A stretch of 64,000 nucleotides of DNA from Chiloscyllium plagiosum (Eukaryota): NCBI RefSeq assembly GCF_004010195.1, contig NC_057719.1, forward strand, positions 13,688,731-13,752,730, given 5' to 3'. Positions 35,640 to 48,260 of this stretch are shown here, piece after piece (position 1 is the stretch's first letter; the number at the start of each line of letters is the position of its first letter). The translations under genes and the position numbers were made by a program. A model generated the notes under the pieces. The model worked only from the letters and a program-made list of their open reading frames with translations, did no database searches and was not told the DNA's origin.

Positions 35640-36905
35640 TTGCTGGACAGCAATCATTCAGAGTCAGGAGTTGGGTGCAGGAGTTTGTCAGGGTAGTGTT
35701 TTTGGCCCACCCATATTCGGTTGGTTTATCAGTGACTATCACCCCATCATCAGGTCAAAAGTGGGAATGTTTGCTGAGATTTGCACAGTGCTGCACACCA
35801 TTTGCAACTCCTCAGATATAGAAGCAGTCTGTGTCAATACTCAGCAAGGCCTGATCTGGGCTTATAAATGGCAATTAACATTCACACAAGGGAGTGACTA
35901 TCTCCAATATGACATAGTTTAATTACTTCCTCTTGACATTTGACACAGTTACAATCACTGAATCCTGTACCTTGAGTATTCTAGGAGTTAGCATTGACCA
36001 AGAATTGAACTATGGAAGCAATATAAACACTGTGTCTACAAAAGCAGGTCAGGGGTCATAGCTTCTGCATCAAGTAACTCACCTCCTGACTGCTACCAGT
36101 GATGGCCTACTCTCTATTTCCCTGGTACAGCCTGGCTGCAACAACCCTCAAACATCATGACATTATCTCAGACAAGGCAACCTACTTCATCTACACTGCT
36201 ACTGCTGTCTTAAATACTTACCCTGTTCAACAACAGTGCACATAGATAGCAAGCAGCACTGCAGGAACATACCAAGACTTCTTTGACAGCACCTCTCAAT
36301 TCAAAACTCAAGTTTAGACCTTTACCATCTGGAAAATCAAGGGAGAATGCATGCGTGGAATGCTTGCAAGTTGCCCTCCAAGCCCCACATCTTCTTGACT
36401 TGGAATTATCACTGGAACAAAATCTAGAAGTACAAACCCTACAAGAGATAAGAGTACATAGGTATCACATGAATTGCACTGGTTCAACATTAGGGCGGCA
36501 CGAAGGCTCAGTGGCTAGCACTGCTGCCTCACTGCACCAAGGACCCGGGTTTGATTCCAGCCTCGCGCGACTATCTGTTATAGCGTTCGAACATTCTCCC
36601 CGTGTCTGCCTGGGGTTCCTCCAGCTGCTTCAGTTTTCTCCCACAATCCAAAGATGTGCAGGTTAGGTGAATTGGCTATGCTAAATTGCCCATAGTGTTC
36701 AGGGATGTGTAGGTTAGGTGCATTAGTCAGGGGTAAGTATAGGCTTGGGGAATGGGTCTGCGTGGGGTTACTCAAGTCAGTGTGGACTTGTTGGACTTGT
36801 TGACTTGTTTGCACACTGTAATGTTTCAATGGTTTAAGACAGCTCACTACCACCTTCTAAAGGTAGGTAGTGCTGGGTATGTTAGTGACCTCATAATGAC
36901 TGAAA
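35640..36905 (+). mobile_element. Old L2/CR1-group LINE 3' portion, interrupted by HE1
   Basis: QGSVFGPPIFGWFISD..IRSKVGMFAE; same family as 29420. Confidence 0.7.
36493..36825 (+). mobile_element. HE1-type V-SINE
   Basis: gggcggcacgaaggctcagtggctagcactgctgcctc. Confidence 0.9.
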
Positions 36906-37599
36906 AAAATGTTCAAATTCTTTTAAGTTATTGGATGACAGTTATCCAGCAATATTATGCCATGAATTTGTTGCTCTTTCTTTTCACTTTCACTTTCACT
37001 TAAACTTAGCTTTGTTTCTTTTTTAATTCTGTTGGCTCCAGGGAAGTATAAATCAACAGGACAAATCTAACTGCTCATCCATGATAAGGACGTCACAAGC
37101 TGCTTAAACATTGATAACTCCACAAGGTCTACTCCAGGGATAAATCATGGACACTTGGGAGTCAATTAGAGTGGAACCTATAATTTTAGATAATGCTTGT
37201 CAATTCAAGTAGTTCAGCACCAGAATTCAGATAATAGCCTAACTAGCCAGCAGTGATATTTTATTGAAGGTATAAATATTGTTTTTTTTCCATAGCTAAC
37301 AACTTGGGAATGAACATGGTGAAGATAATGCAGTTTCTGTTAAATTGCACCAGTGTACTGCATATTTCTTGGGAAGTGTTGTGACAGGAGAAAGTTTTTA
37401 CACAGAGTTTGAAGAGTCCGTTAAAAAATATCCCACAGACAATTCCACCATGTAAATATTGAAGAATTATCACCTGTTTATTGGAACGACTGAGGATGGA
37501 GAGGTCCAACATTATTCTAATCCCAATAGTCCACATTTTATAACGTGTAATCCAGATTCTTTTCTCAGTTACCAGGATGGCCAATTATTTACCTTATCT

Positions 37600-37736
37600 A
37601 AATAAAAACTGAAAGAACTGTGGACATTGCTTCAGCGGAAGGGTCACTACACCTCAAACGTTAACCCTGATTTCTCTCCACTGATGCTGTCAGATCTGCT
37701 GAGCATTTCCAGCACTTTCTGTTTTTGTTTCTGATT
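37600..37736 (+). mobile_element. PLE family B short repeat
   Basis: aaaaactgaaagaactgtgga..gaagggtcactacacctcaaacgttaac..gatgctgtcagatctgctgag. Confidence 0.6.
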
Positions 37737-37920
37737 TAACTTAACTATACCAGGTTTTATATTTAAAAACATATCAATCAGATTACTTTAATAAATGCAA
37801 GTATTTATTTATTATAAAACCAAAATGTTTTCAATAAAGATAAATACCTGATTAAAATACACAGTAAGCAATATGGGAGTATAAACATCTATCCCTCTAA
37901 ATAATACAAAATACACAGAA

Positions 37921-38127
37921 TCACACACACGTGCACATACGTGCGCACACATACACACACACATGCACACAGACACACACGTGCACGCGCACACGCGCAC
38001 ACACACATGCAAACATACACGCACATAAGCACATACACGCACACACACACACATACACACACATACGCACATACACGCACACACACGCACACATACACAC
38101 ATGTGTGCGCACATACACACAGTCACA
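37921..38127. repeat. Imperfect (CA)n/(RY)n microsatellite, about 200 bp
   Basis: Alternating purine-pyrimidine tract cacacacgtgcacatacgtgcgcacac... Confidence 0.97.
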
Positions 38128-39204
38128 CCTTACTCCCCTCACCTTAAAAATGTGCTCCAAGTCTTGAAATCCCCCACCTTTGGGATAAAAAAAAATCTAT
38201 CTATACCTCTCATTATTTTATTAACATTCTGCAAGGAAAACAGATAATAAAAACAGGTTTGTCTCTTCAAAGGTACACTTTTGAAACAAAGAAGAACATT
38301 CTTGGGCCATTAGGGTTATACTTGAAGACAGAAGGATTGGGCATTAATTGTTTTGAGATCTGTTATCCTGAAATTCTACATGGTCACAAATGACTGTCTT
38401 TGGACTCTTGACAGATGCAGGTTTCTCACAATTTTACAATATTGAGAAGTTCCTTCAATCACTGTTCTGAAAGAACAAATAGGTTTTGCCCTGAACTCAA
38501 CAAGAGGAGTTTTTTTTCCGAAATAGGAGAGATCAGCTGGGCAACCACAGGTTTCTTGTTCCCCAACTAATTCCACACTAATTCTGAAATAATTTCTATC
38601 CACCCATTGTTTGAATAGCCTGAGCCAAGGTCTGTAGCAAAGTAAGTAGGTATCACAAGTCACATGATTTCTACGAAGCCTTGTTAAAATAAGTCTTCAA
38701 TGCCCGAGGTGACCAATCACTATGTCTTTTAAAGAAATCACATTAGTTGATACAACAATGCTTGAACTTTTTTCCACAATCCATTAAAACTTAAATTCAC
38801 CAAGATATAAACATGAAATGTCTAAATAACTAGGTGCCAACATCAATGAACGTTATCATCATTAAACAGCTGGATTTTACAAATGTCTAGTCAAAGTGAT
38901 CTCTTCATTTAGGTTTACACAAGAATGTAACAAGACGCCTCTTATTTCATCCTCCATGTACTGTCTCCCAATCTGACCTAACAGTTTTTCATCTTGTCCA
39001 ACCTAAAATCCATTTTCTTTAACTCACTGTCTCATGCAATTCTTCTGAAGTTAGATTAGATTACAGGCAACTGTAATATCCACAAGTAATAAGCATGAAA
39101 CACTTGCTCTTTCCACTTTCTAAGCTCGTGCCTTCTTCATCGCTAAGTTTGGACTATTTTCGCTTCATTTTCATTGAAACGTGAAACAATGATAAATGAT
39201 ATTA

Positions 39205-39665
39205 ATAAGCTGAAGAGGGTTCAGGTAAGATTTACCAGGATGTTACCAGGAATGGAGGGTTTGAGTTATAAGGAGAAGCTGGGACTGTTTTTCTGGAGCG
39301 TAGAAGGTTGAGAGGTGACCTTATGGAGGTTTATAAAATCATGAGGGCTATAGATAAGGTGAATGGCAGGTATCTTTTCTCTAGGGTGGGGAATTTCAAG
39401 ACTAGGCAACATGGTGAGAGACAGAAGATTTTAAAAAAACATGAGGGACAATTGTTTTACACAAAGAGTAGTTCATGTGTGGAATGAACTTCCAGAGGAA
39501 GTGATGGATGCAGGTACAATGTTGAAAAGATATTTGGATGAGTACATGAATAAGAAATGTTAGGCCAAGTGAAGGTAGGTGGGACCTGTTTAATTGGGGA
39601 TTATGGTCGGCATGGACTGGTTGGGCCAAAGGGTCTGTTTCTGTGCTTTATGACTATGACTCAAT
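39205..39665 (+). mobile_element. CR1 LINE 3' end
   Basis: LKRVQVRFTRMLPGMEGLSYKEK, RLRGDLMEVYKIMR. Confidence 0.9.
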
Positions 39666-40059
39666 GGGTCAAATTTAACTGCCCCAAGTAAATAGTAAGT
39701 CACAGGCTACTTCAACATTGTAGCTGTGATAACTGCATGGTCTGCTTTGAGGCAAATTTGGCCACTGTTAATAACTTTGACTAGCTGACAAATGAATTAA
39801 AATCAGCTGGTTTCTATTTCCCATATCAAATGCATGTAAATCTGAACTTTACTGAGTGGTTCCTCAGGGCATCCTGAATGACAGTGTCCAAGTTACAAAT
39901 TGGGTGATAAAACCTGCAAACAACAGTGATGGAACTGGGGATCCTTCACTCTTTAAATGTTAACCCTTTGTTACAACAGGAATGAAAAGCATTTCACAAA
40001 CAGATTCCTTTAGTATCAGTTCACGTGCTGCGCCAACAGGAGAGGGTCTAAAGGACATG

Positions 40060-40325
40060 GCATTAACCTGAAGTCCTGGGTTCAAGTCCCATCATGGCAG
40101 ATGGTGGGATTTGAGTTTCAGTTTGTTAAAAAAAATCTGCAAGTGAGAGTTTAACGATGACCTTGAAGCCGTCATTAATGATTGGGAATTACCTAGTCTG
40201 GCCTATTTGTGACTCCAGACCCACAGCAATGTGGTTGTCACTTAAGTGCCCTCTGGGCGAATAGGGATAGGCATTAAATGGATAATTGGTGATGCCCAAA
40301 AATGACGAATGAATAAAAATAATAA
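40060..40325 (+). mobile_element. tRNA-derived SINE (second family)
   Basis: ctgggttcaagtcccatcatggcagatggtggg..gtgactccagacccacagcaatgtggtt. Confidence 0.7.
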
Positions 40326-41040
40326 ACTGGCTGTACAATGGGGAAAGACTGCATAGTTGTTTGCTTTTGCAACAAGGACAATATTCCTTGTATCTCTTCA
40401 ATGCTGAGCTGGATTCTTGATCAAGAGGGGAATCAAGGGTTATGGGGAAAATGCAATAGAGTGGACGTGAGGAATGTTGGATCAGCCATGATCTTATTGA
40501 ATGGTGAAGCGGGTTTGAGGGGCCTAATGACCTACTCCCATTCCAGTTTCTTATGGACAACATTAAACCTAAAAGTTACTTCCACTGCCTCTCAAGAATA
40601 GATCAGTGTGGAAAAATTCAACATTAGTTAAAAATTTGTTTGAGGACTTTGTCTCCCACTCTTTCTCTCTTCTACTTATAATTCGAGTGACATTTTTGGA
40701 TTGACTTTTTCACTTTTACAGCAATTAGTAGTTGGTGCTGTAGGCTTCTTACTGTTCTCTGTATCTTTCTCCTTTCATTTATGTTTCCGCACTTCATCCA
40801 TCATCCCTAGTGGAGAGTCAAGTGTTTCTTAGAAGAAAGACTTCTTTTGTTCTTTCTTATTTTCAATGTTTGCCTTCCTCCCCTTTTCCTGAATCAAATA
40901 CACTCACTGAATCTTACACTTGACTCAGTGGGCTACTATAGGCTATGATGATAGAATAAGGTGAGAGGAAATGGGAAGAGTCTCAGGGGAGCATAAGCAC
41001 CGATGTGGACTATTTGGGCTGCATGGCCTGTTTCTATGTC

Positions 41041-41585
41041 TAGAATAGAGTGGTGCTGGAAAAGCACAGCAGGTCAGGCAGCATCCGAGGAGCAGGAAAA
41101 TCGATGTTTCGGGCAAAAGCCCTTCATCAGGAATGAGGCAGGGAGTCTCCGGGGTGAAGAGATAAATGGGAGGGGGGGTAGGGCTGGGCAGAAGGTAGCT
41201 GAGAGTACAACGGGTGGATGGAGGTGGAGAAGAAGGTGATAGGTCAGAGAGGAGGTGGAGCGGGTAGGTGGGAAGATAGATTGGCAGGTAGGACAGGTCA
41301 TGAGGACAGTGCTGAGTTGGCAGGTTGGAGCTGGGGTAAGGTGAGGGGAGGGGAAATAGGAAACTGGTGAAGTCCATATTGATGCCCTGGGTTGAAGTGT
41401 TCCGAGGGGGAAGATGAGGTTTTATTCCTCCAGGCATCAGGTGGTGAGGGAGTGGCGGTGGAGGAGGCCCAGGACTTGCATGTCCTTGGCAGAGCGGGAG
41501 GGGCAGTTGAAATGTTCAACCACAGGACAGTGGGGTTGATTGGTGTGGGTGTCCTGGAGACATTCCCTCAAGCACTCTGTGAGCA
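41041..41585 (-). mobile_element. Neptune-type Penelope-like element 3' portion (GIY-YIG C-terminus plus family A pseudo-LTR)
   Basis: Minus translation PVVEHFNCPSRSAKDMQVLGLL..LEE*NLIFPLGTLQP; hammerhead motif at 41103-41130; flanks share gtttctatg. Confidence 0.8.
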
Positions 41586-41719
41586 GTTTCTATGCCCTAT
41601 ATCTACGTGTGCTGCTGGCTCTCTGAGTCAGGGACTCTTTGCTCCATTCCAGAACTTGAGCACTAAGGCATGATGAGTATCAAATAAGATCAAAATGGAG
41701 AATAACATTAAAAAAGTTG

Positions 41720-43300
41720 CATTAAATGTATTCTATCTGGATGCATGCAGCATTCATCACATTTTTGATCATTTGAATGCTCAAATTGAGGTAAATGGAT
41801 ATGATTTAATTGATACTATTGAAATGTAGCTACTGACATCGGGAACTGAATATCCACGGATAATTTAGGAGTGATGGGAGAAAAAGGAAAAGGAGCATTC
41901 CGATGAAGGGATGACATCCGTACACATGTAAGACGGGATGTTCAATTGAAAGAGCCAGATGTAGAATCTGTTTGGGTAGGACTAAGAAACAGTGAGGGAA
42001 AGCAATCATTGGTGGGAGTTGTTGACAGAATACCAAGCTGTGGTATTAACGTTGGACTATAAAACAGGAAATTAGAGGTGCATAATGCAATGTGGGTAAC
42101 ATAGTGGCAGTGGGTATTGCATATAGTCTGGGTTAACCAAGTCCGAACTAATGCTGTGGAGCATGATTTCCTGGAGTGTGCACAGGATGGTTTGTGGAAG
42201 TCTGTTATGAGTCATCTGGGGAATCAGCTTACTATGGATTTGGTGCTGTGTAATGGGAAAAGGCTAGTCGATAACCAAGCTGTATTTGGAAAATAGTGGC
42301 GCGAATATCATTGGATTAGATATGAAGTTTGACTGTGACGTAGTTCATTCTGAAGCAAGGATCTTCAATCAGAGCAAAGGAGACTATGAGGATGTGAGAG
42401 ACATGTTAGCTATGGTAGATTTGGAAAATACAGTAAAAGACCAGATGGTAGGGAAGCAGTAACTAGTATTTAAAGAAATACCACAAGGTCTACAACAGAT
42501 ATATAGTTGAACACCCACAGGGAAAGATGAATGAATTATGGTTAATATAGATAGCATTAGCTCAAAGGATATGGCTTATAAGAATACCACAAATGATAGT
42601 AAGCCTGAGGATTGGGGGCAATTATAAAACTTTGGTTCGGCCACACTTAGAGTATTGCATTTAATTCTGGTAGAAAGGATATGAAGGCTTTGGAGAGGGT
42701 GCAGAACAGGTTTACCAGGATGCTGCCTAGGTTAGAAGGTATGAGGTATAAGGAGAGGCTAGAAAAGCTAGCTTTGTTTTCTCTGGAGTGGCAGAGGCTT
42801 GAGGGGTGGGGGTGGGTGGTGGGTAGCATGGGGGGAGGGGTGTGCTTGATAGAAGTCTATAAAATTGTGAGATGATTAACTAAGGTTGACAGACAGAATC
42901 TTTTCCCCAGAGTTGAAATGTCTAATACTAGGGGGCAAGCATTTAAGGTAAAAGGGGGCAAGTTCAAAAGAGATGTGAGTGGATAGTCACACACCTAGAG
43001 TCTGGAGCATGCTATCAGGGGTGGGGTGGAGGCAGAAATGATAGGGACGTTTAAGGGACTTTTAGATTAGCACATGAATATAAAAGGAATGGAGGGATAT
43101 GGACCAAGGGCAGGCAGAAGGGATTAGTTTAATTTGGCATCATGATTGGCACAACATTGTGGGCTGAAGGGCCTATTACTATGTTGTACAGTTCCATGTT
43201 ATACTACTGAGGTCCTAGTAAAGGAGGGCTAAGGAGACTGATAAGGTAAATGAAAAAAATTATGAATTCAAAGGAACATAAGAAAGGATTATAGAAGGTA
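41720..43300 (+). mobile_element. Old CR1 ORF2 endonuclease/tether region, interrupted by a younger CR1 3' end (42625-43205)
   Basis: Decayed YLDACSI..AQIEVNGYDLI..IE and FLECAQDGL..DLVLCN motifs; the insert has ALERVQNRFTRMLP. Confidence 0.75.
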
Positions 43301-43304
43301 TAAA

Positions 43305-43610
43305 TATCACTGGATTAGTAATCCAGAACACCAGGCTATTGTTATTGGGGCATGAGATCAAATCCCACTTTAGCAAATGGTGATATTGAAATTCAGTCAA
43401 AATCTGAGATACAAATTAAATTAGCCTAATGGCAGTCAGATAAGCACTATAAGAACTTCACTAATTCACTACTGTTCTTTAGAGAAGGAAATCTGCCATC
43501 CTTATCTGGTCTGACTCCAGATTCACAGTAAGGTGACTGACAGTGAATAATTAGAGTTGGGTAGTAAATGCTGGAATGCCTGTATTCCACAAACAAACTT
43601 TAAAAAAAAG
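43305..43610 (+). mobile_element. tRNA-derived SINE (second family)
   Basis: tatcactggattagtaatccaga..aaatcccac..gaaggaaatctgccatccttatctggtct. Confidence 0.65.
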
Positions 43611-43660
43611 CTTCCATCACGATGTGAAAGGAAAAAGACTGGCAAGGATAAATGTGGACT

Positions 43661-44128
43661 TGTTACAGATGGGACCTGGAAAATCTATAGCAGAGGAGCC
43701 TTAAGTGTTCAACAGCACAAGTCAATCTTTATTCAGAACTCGTGGGAGAGGTCTCTGTAAGCAGTCTCTAAGACACTCTGCCTGCCCCGATCAACTACAG
43801 AGTATTTATACAAGTCGTGCTACAGTGGTTACATCAGGTTATGAGGTTATCCGTTTACACCATCTGTTAGTCAATCCTCCCTGCTGGCAGGATGGAGCTT
43901 CTCTCTACTGTCTACAGCTACTTGTTTAAAGGAATTCAGTTACATCCCTCAATATTAGTTTGTCGGCTGCATTTATAATTTCATTATCAGTATCTTATCT
44001 ACTCACTTACCGCGGGTACAAAAACCATGATTTTGACCATGTAAATGACTGTCTTAGCTAACAAACTTCTTCGGCCATTTCATGTCAATTCAAACTCCTG
44101 GGTGGCCATTTTATGTCACCTCTACCCA
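43661..44128 (-). mobile_element. Possible solo LTR
   Basis: Starts with tgttaca; minus-strand AATAAA and TATAAATA occur in LTR-like order; the right end is uncertain. Confidence 0.3.
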
Positions 44129-44504
44129 TGGGCCACCCTGACAACCTCATGGTGTGGGGCAGGCATTTAAGATGGGGGTTAGGAGTAACTTTTTCACCTG
44201 GGGTGTGGTAAGTCTTTGGAATTCTCTACTCTGTGGAGCAGTAGAAGCTCAACGATTGAGTTTTCTGGAGACCAACAACATTGGAGGATGTTGGAGTTAG
44301 TGTGGGAAATGATTTTGAGATGATGATCAGCCATGATCTACAATGGTAAGGTAGGCCTGGTGTTCTGTTCGGCCTATATCTGCTCCCACCACAAAGATAT
44401 TGCTTTTCTCCCTCCAAGGAAGGAGTCTTCTTTTTGAGATGACTGTGGAAGAGAATCTGGCATTACTTGAAGAACTGAGAGTTCTCCCATCAACTTCACT
44501 AATT

Positions 44505-45138
44505 AGATAGGATAGTGAAGAAGGCATTTCGTATGCTTTCCTTTATTGGTCAGAGTATTGAGTATAGGGGTTGGGAGGTCATGTTGTGGCTGTACAGGAC
44601 ATTGGTTAGTCCACTGTTGGAATATTGTGTGCAATTCTGGTCTCCTTCCTATCGGAAAGATGTTGCAAGACTAAAAAGGGCTCAGAAAAGATTTACAAGG
44701 ATGTTGCCAGGGTTGGAGGATTTGAGCTATAGGGAGAGGCTGAACAGGTTGGGGCTGTTTTCCGTGGAGCGTCAGAGGCTGAGGGGTGACTTTATAGAGG
44801 TTTACAAAATTATGAGGGGGCATAGATAGGGTAAATAGGCAAAGTCTTTTCCCTGGGATCAGGGAGTCCAGAACTAGAGAGCATAGGTTTAGGGTGAGAG
44901 GGCAACCTTTTCACACGGACGGTGGTCCGTGTATGGAATGAGCTGCCAGAGGACGTGGTGGAGGCTGGTACAATTGCAGCATTTAAGAGGCATTTGGATG
45001 GGTATATGAATAGGAAAGGTTTGGAGGGATATGAGCCGGGTGCCGGCAGATGGGACTAGATTGGGTTGGGATATCTGGTCAAAATGGACGTGTTGGACCA
45101 AAGGGTCTGTTTCCATGCTGTACATCTGTATGACTCTA
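44505..45138 (+). mobile_element. CR1 (HER1-like) LINE 3' portion
   Basis: LYRTLVSPLLEYCVQFWSPSYRKD..RLRGDFIEVYKIMRG. Confidence 0.95.
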
Positions 45139-45776
45139 CCTTAGGGGGTTCTGTCATGAGTTCATAATCATTTGCAATGTTTCATCGGACATTTATGCCA
45201 ATACAGCCTACTAGGTGGTGCAGGAGAGCAGCCTCTTGTCCTCTGATGTTCCCCCCCACCAACCCCTCCCCCCAACCCCCTCCACCAATGGAAATTTACT
45301 GCATAGAAGGAAGCCTTTTAGCCTATCATGTCCATGCAAACTCAAAAAGAAGATACCTACTTATAGTGTCCTGTAGGCCTGGAGTTAACTTAAGTAGGCC
45401 CTAACTGCAGATGTAATTGTGACATGCCAGGCCATCTAACCTGTTCAATGCAATGCAGGTGGCATGACTTCAGTGTGCCACCTCCTCATTAACCTGCCTT
45501 CTTCATGCAGACAGCACAAAGTAGTAAGGAACCAAAAATCAACACTCACTGTCGCTACCTGTGGTCAGTATGTGCCTCTTAGAAGGGAGATGCACTGTGA
45601 TTGTATCAGGAACTGGGTGTCCTTTGTGATCTAAATCTGACCTGACCTGACCTGATCTGACAAAAGATAACCGTGTGAGAGCAGAGGTATGTGGATTTCC
45701 AAGACTGCACTGGAGGATCTGAGAAACAGGTGGAAAGGATTCCATCTGCATTTCCCATTGCCAATATCATCAAAGA

Positions 45777-45980
45777 TGAAAATGTGTTGCTGGAAAAGCG
45801 CAGCAGGTCAGGCAGCATCCAGGGAACAGGAGAATCGACATTTCGGGCATAGGCCTGAAGAAGGGCTTATGCCCGAAACGTCGATTCTCCTGTTCCCTGG
45901 ATGCTGCCTGACTTGCTGCACTTTTCCAGCAACACATTTTCAGCTCTGATCTCCAGCATCTGCAGACCTCACTTTCTCCT
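45777..45980 (+). mobile_element. Palindromic PLE family A element with perfect 15-bp TSD
   Basis: TSD caatatcatcaaaga at 45762-45776 and 45981-45995; inverted arms of about 75 bp. Confidence 0.9.
45855..45882 (+). ncRNA. Minimal hammerhead ribozyme core
   Basis: CTGAAGA-A-GGGC-TTAT-GCCC-GAAAC-GTC; helix I is weak. Confidence 0.55.
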
Positions 45981-46096
45981 CAATATCATCAAAGACCCCT
46001 CCCATCCCGGTTATAATCTCTCCCAATGGGCAGAAGATACAGAAGCTTAAACACACAAACCAACAGGTTCAAGAACAGCTTCTTCCCCGCTATTTA

Positions 46097-46413
46097 TAGA
46101 ATCCCTACAGTGTGGAAACAGGCCCTTCGGTCCAACAAGTCCACACTGACCCTTCAAAGATTAATCCATCCAGACCCATTCCCCAACATTCAACCCGCGA
46201 CTAATGCACCTAACCTACACATCCCTAAACACTGTGGGCAATTTTAGCATGGCCAATTCACCAAGCCTGCACATCTTTGGACTGTGGGAGAAAACCCACA
46301 GACACAGGGAGAATGTGCAAACTCCACACAGACAGTTGCCAGAGGCTGGGATTGAACTCGGGTCTCTAGCGCTGTGACGTAGCAGTGCTAACCACTGAGC
46401 CACCATACCACCC
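46097..46413 (-). mobile_element. HE1-type V-SINE
   Basis: tagaatccctacagtgtggaaacaggccc..gtgctaaccactgagccacc. Confidence 0.92.
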
Positions 46414-46624
46414 TGAGTGCATCTTTTAAATTTCAAATCTAATGTTGACCTTGTCATTTTTGCATGTACTTAGCAGCTGTAACTTTGTATTCCTCGCTCT
46501 GTTCAATCACCCTATGATCTTTGTATTATGATCTGCTGTCCTGCATACCAAACAACATTTTTCACTGTACGTAGGTACGTGATAAAAATAATAAATCAAA
46601 TCAAATCAGATCAAGTCAAGAAAC

Positions 46625-46859
46625 AGATCCTAAATCCACAGGGAACAAACAGATCTTGTATGTGCTGGGAATCAAGACATTTTGTATCTACAGAGAATGA
46701 AGTGGTTTCCTGTATTCCTAGGGATCAGGAGATTCTGTATTTACAGGGAACTGTGAGATCCTATATCCACAGGGAACCAAGATGTCTTGTATTCCCAGGG
46801 AACTAGGAGATTCTGTACCTACAGGAAACCAGGAGCTTCCAAATCCCCAGAGAGTCAGA
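46625..46859 (+). repeat. Degenerate 26-bp minisatellite, about nine units
   Basis: Units such as agatcctaaatccacagggaacaaac, agattctgtatttacagggaactgtg and agatcctatatccacagggaaccaag. Confidence 0.8.
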
Positions 46860-46874
46860 AGAGAGATGTTCTAC

Positions 46875-48260
46875 AAAGCAGTTATTCTGACAGTGTTTGG
46901 TTTCTCCAATGTAGAGTAGTCCACAGTGGGTGCAGCGAATGCAACACACCTGGTTGGAAGAGGCACAGGTGAAATGCTGCTTTACCTGGAAAGAGTGTTT
47001 CGGCCCTTGGATGGTGAGCAGGGAGGAGGGGAAGGGACAGGGGTTGCACTTTCTGCAGCTACACGGGAAGGTGCCATAAGAAGAGGCGATTGGTGTTGGT
47101 GGTGAAGGAATGGACTACGGTGTCCCAGACTGAGCGGTCCCTGCAAAATGCAGAAAGAGGGGAAGATGTGTTTGGTGGAGGGGCGCCTTTGAATGTGAAG
47201 GCTGGTGGGGTGAAAACTGAGCCTTTGAACAACATCTCATCTTCAAACTAAGCAGTTTACAGCCTTCTGGGCTCAAGATTGAGTTCAATACCTTCAAATT
47301 GTTAACCAAATGCAGAATGGGTGACCGCTTTGCGGAACTCACTTGTCATCCCACCAGCGTCCTCATTCAAAGGATCATTTGCAGCCATTTCTGACAACTC
47401 CAGCAGAATACCTCCACACAACACATCTTCCCCTCAATCCCACTGTCTGCATTTCACAGGGATTGTTCCCTCCGGGACATCCTAGTCTATTCCTCAACCA
47501 CTAACACCACACCCCTTTCCCTGTGTAACCACAGAAAGAGCAACCCCAGCCCCTTCCCCTCCTCCCCTGCTCACCGTCCAAGGGCCGAACCAATCTTTCC
47601 AGGTGAAGCAGCATTTCACCTGTACCTCCTCCAATCTTGTGTATTGTATTCACTGCACCTAATGTGGCCTACTCTACATTGGAGAAACCAACCACAGACT
47701 GGATAACCACTTTGCAGAACACCTCCAGTCGGTGCACAGGTATAACCCTGGCCTTCCCATAGTTGGTCATTATAACACAGTGTCCTGCTGGCCTGCCCAT
47801 GTGTCTGTCCTCGGCATGCTGCGGTGTTCTAGTGAATCACAGCACAAACTGGAGGGGCAACATCTCATCTTCAGACTAGGCAGCTTCCAACCTTTTGGGC
47901 TCAATATTGAGTTGAACACCTTCAAATTGTGAACCCATTCCTTCCCTCTCTTTCAGCTTTACTTGTTACACTCTCTGTCACCATGTTGTCTCTCTCCCCT
48001 CCCCTTGCTCCAGTTCCTCTCAGTCTGGCAGGTAGACACACCTTTGTTCTTCCATTCTCATGTTCTGATCATTTAGTCTGAATTATCAACATCCTTTCTC
48101 CTCCAGCACGCCAACAAACACTCCCCATTGCATAAATACTGCCCCTTCCACACTTCCCTTTAGCTCTGATGAAGAGTCACCTAGTCTCGAAACATTAGTT
48201 TGCTCTCTCTCCATGGGTGCTGCTTGACCTGCTGCGATCTCCAGCACTTGCTGTTTTTCC
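46875..48260. mobile_element. Neptune-type Penelope-like element (47345-48260, +) with an inverted partial copy (46875-47170, -)
   Basis: SNLVYCIHCT*CGLLYIGETNHRLDNHFAEHL (GIY-YIG) ..LEGQHLIFRLGSFQPFGLNIE; hammerhead-like motif at 48166-48196. Confidence 0.85.

Larger units (their letters stand above)
45762..46612 (+). mobile_element. Rex1/Babar-like LINE 3' end, interrupted by a PLE hairpin and an HE1 SINE
   Basis: NIIKDPSHPG..GRRYRSLNTQTNRFKNSFFPAI; (aatca)n tail. Confidence 0.75.

Noticed and set aside
37296..37605. Strong plus-strand acceptor followed by protein-looking sequence
   Set aside because: All frames contain stops and there is no clear donor or recognisable domain
37812..38167. 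Cys/Val- and His/Thr-rich ORFs
   Set aside because: Translations of a (CA)n microsatellite
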